From the NCBI RefSeq assembly GCF_964204645.1, contig NC_134036.1, positions 8,806,230 through 8,870,229 of the forward strand: a DNA stretch of 64,000 nucleotides, read 5' to 3'. The DNA comes from Tubulanus polymorphus (taxonomy: Eukaryota > Animalia > Nemertea). Below are positions 61,111 to 64,000 of the stretch, one piece after another (positions within the stretch are counted from its first letter, which is position 1; each line of letters opens with the position of its first letter). A model generated the notes under the pieces. It ran no database searches. It had not been told where the DNA came from and was given only the letters and a program-made list of their open reading frames with translations. The translations under genes were made by a program, and so were the position numbers.

Positions 61111-64000
61111 ACTCAGTTGAATGATGCGATGATAATGTCACACATTCACTAATAAATAATTAATTACACGTGATTATTGAAAGGTATGTAATAGAATAGA
61201 CTTTAGGAGATATTTGATAAAAATGATTATGATGAAGGATGTGATACTAGCTGAAAAATGTTTGAATATAGTGAGTTAAAATATATTCACAAGATGACAA
61301 ATTGACTTCGTCTCAATTGTAGTTTTGATTATATATCAATATGCGTACGTAGGAACTTCCATTATATCAGCTCTCGAATCTATCATTCATCGGTAATAGA
61401 TATAATATGATTTGTAGAAGAATTAACAGCTGTCGTTTCAGGCATAAGATACTTCCTATATTTCAGTAGTGGTAATCAATACGGTGTGACCGACTACAGA
61501 ATAAAATATCATATTGAAGGGTAATAGATAACAACGTTAAATAAGTGTTTGAACAAGAAAGTAATATTCTCACACAACGTACCCTGAGTACGATTAAAGC
61601 CTTGTTACTATTGGCCTTGCACGATCTACGTTTGGAACGCAATCATAGCAAACGCTCTATATCGGATTTTTACAACGTTTGCAATCGTACAAACGAACGC
61701 ACGATCTAACAAAGTTAGTTTTGAATTCTATTGCCAAATGCGTTTTACAACAGTTAGTGTTTCACTTTTTATAGTTAATGTCGGATTTTTATAGTCATGC
61801 CGTCATCATACACCAGGTGGCGATGAGGTGAATGTGAGAATTCAATTGTTACTATTAAAACTTCAACACCGACTTTTGAAAAGCGTATTTTATTTACAGA
61901 ATTCAAAACTAAGATTTTGAGTTGGTTATGCGATTCGTCAATTGTCCCTAGGTTCTAAACGTTATATGATTGTGCAATATCAGTTCCATCAATTTCTGAA
62001 TGGATATCAACCGGTTAATGATATTTTCCATGCGAAGAAACCAGGGTTATGAAGTCAGATTTTCATCTGTATGACAGTTTAGACATTACACTGTAAACAC
62101 TTGTTAGGTTGAACCACCTCGTTGATCTGGTGATCATCGGCGAAAAGTTCGTGTAGGTGATTAACGTCGAGATAATAAACAGAATATGACCAAGAACTGA
62201 TCCTTGTGGCACTCCGCGACTTGTGGCTGGCTGGGTGAGCTCGGTTCCTCGACTATGACGATCGGCTGAGGTGCTCGAGCAAACCGCGATCGATGTTTTG
62301 CAAGCGTCAAGAAAGATAATGAAATATATGTTCTAATTCGTGTTTGCCTTGTGCCTTTCGACGAATAAAGACATGTAAAACACAAAATTGAAAAAGTATT
62401 TGACAGCATCAAAACATATACTTTTCTTATTCTCAATGTAAAGATGTAATTCTCCCCTCTGCATTCATTGGCTCACGTTTTAGTTTAATGGCTTTGACGT
62501 TGTCAAAATACAAACCAAGATTGAAATTCTACTGAGTGTTTAAAGTCTATCCTTGTTGGAAAATGAATGTATTGAACAGCTGTTTTGCTAAAACGACTGC
62601 ACTGAACGACTGAATCTATCATTTCGATCCTAGACGGCAATTGTCAAGGCTGGAGACGTACAGTCAATAGGTAATAATGGCGAGATGAGAGACTTCAAAT
62701 GTACTGTCTAACCCGGTGCTCTTCAAACTGTTAGCAGTTCCGATCTAGGCTCCTTAGAACACTTCACAGTTCTCTTCAAATGTAATGTCTCTTGTTCCCG
62801 GCACCTGTTCTCAGCGATATTTATATTCACATTTTGGTGACTGCTTCTAAAGCAACTACATTCTTGGCTGCGCAACTCCGAAGGCTGAAATACACAGACA
62901 ATTTGCGACACCAGGAACAAGGTAGTAAATAACGGTTCATTTTTTTGTTGTCAATGTCCGAGAATGTAGGAATGTAAGTAAACTCGGGTACGATTTTCTA
63001 ATTCGGACATTACTGAAGCTGTGTACGTATTCATTATTTATGATATGCTAGAGAGTTCAGCGTTAGTAAAATCCGTAACAAAACAAACAGTTCAATTCTT
63101 TCATATCTATATCATGATTCATTCGTAATTTCGTCCGAAGTTTTCGAATAAGCACATCTACCCTTTTGAAGTAACTATACTTCAAATTTGAGTTTCAACG
63201 TCGGTTACGAACTACTCCGTACTCAAGCGTCAAAACGTGAGACTGGGCCAATAATTTGAAACAAATGATGTGGCCGCTTGAAGTATATGGAGTCAGTTGA
63301 AATCTACAATTCATTTTTTAGCAAAACTCTTTTTTGGCATTTCAATCTCAGTTATTTTAACATCTTTTTCGTCACTTTAATAAATTCACATAAATAATCA
63401 ATCTTTCTGGATTTCCGGTCTCTTTATCTTACTATACCAAGCGATGGCTCTCGCTAGAATTCACCAGGTCTACTCTAGTTACAACTCGAGTATCTGCATT
63501 TATTTTTTAATTCCTTCAATTTCACTGAATGAGAAAAAGTACAACGATGATATATAACTATTTAACTACAGTTAAGAAATCGAAGATGTCATTTCAATCG
63601 AATACGTTTAATATTACATTTTTCGTAGGCAGTAAGAATCACGTGTGCGTTATTTCAGATGAACTATTTCCTAACACTGGGAGCGATGCTGTTGTTGACA
63701 GCGTCATACGTGTCGTCATCACCTGACGCGGGGTCACGCACGACAACGCAGGCTAACAACGGTGAGTCTCAATGTACTGGTACTTTCAATCACACGCCTG
63801 AGTAATGGGGTATGGTACCCGCAGTACTACTGGGACAATCAAGGATTCCACGTATGGCAGGCGAAGATCCACCAGGTTGGCTAGTAGATAGTTGCTCGTC
63901 CGCTTTCAATTTCCTTCTACATTTCAATGAAATCTGAATGAACTTTTTGAATCGATATTTTATGAAGACTATCCAAATCTGATAAGAAGAATGAAAGTTT

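Noticed and set aside
59400-64000. Short ORFs in the distal region
   Set aside because: No motifs; the region consists of MITE fragments and low-complexity DNA.

Overview
Eukaryotic (animal, probably marine invertebrate) repeat-rich DNA with no prokaryotic features. (1) 1-10830: a young, apparently intact Ty3/Gypsy LTR retrotransposon with ~2.45-kb LTRs, a tRNA-Leu PBS, gag, a -1 frameshifted pol and an extra zinc-finger ORF3 whose ATG appears to be created by splicing. It is inserted into the gag of an older element. (2) Three AT-rich Polinton/Maverick (adintovirus-like) insertions: an internally deleted 3.4-kb copy (17321-20727), a deleted copy (28323-~34022) and a near full-length decayed ~18-kb copy (~40845-58952) with pPolB, penton, major capsid, packaging ATPase, integrase and HNH genes. 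(3) One intact single-exon rhodopsin-family GPCR (36934-37995), plus MITEs, minisatellites and a LINE fragment. The standout is a 355-codon LAGLIDADG intein (31285-32349) at the catalytic D|TD motif of the second Polinton's polymerase, with an intein-free allele 13 kb away. TAAATG start contexts, an NCLDV-type HNH gene and long fold-back termini together suggest, by inference, a virus-like element that has exchanged genes with large DNA viruses. All calls come from reading motifs by eye; no database searches were run.
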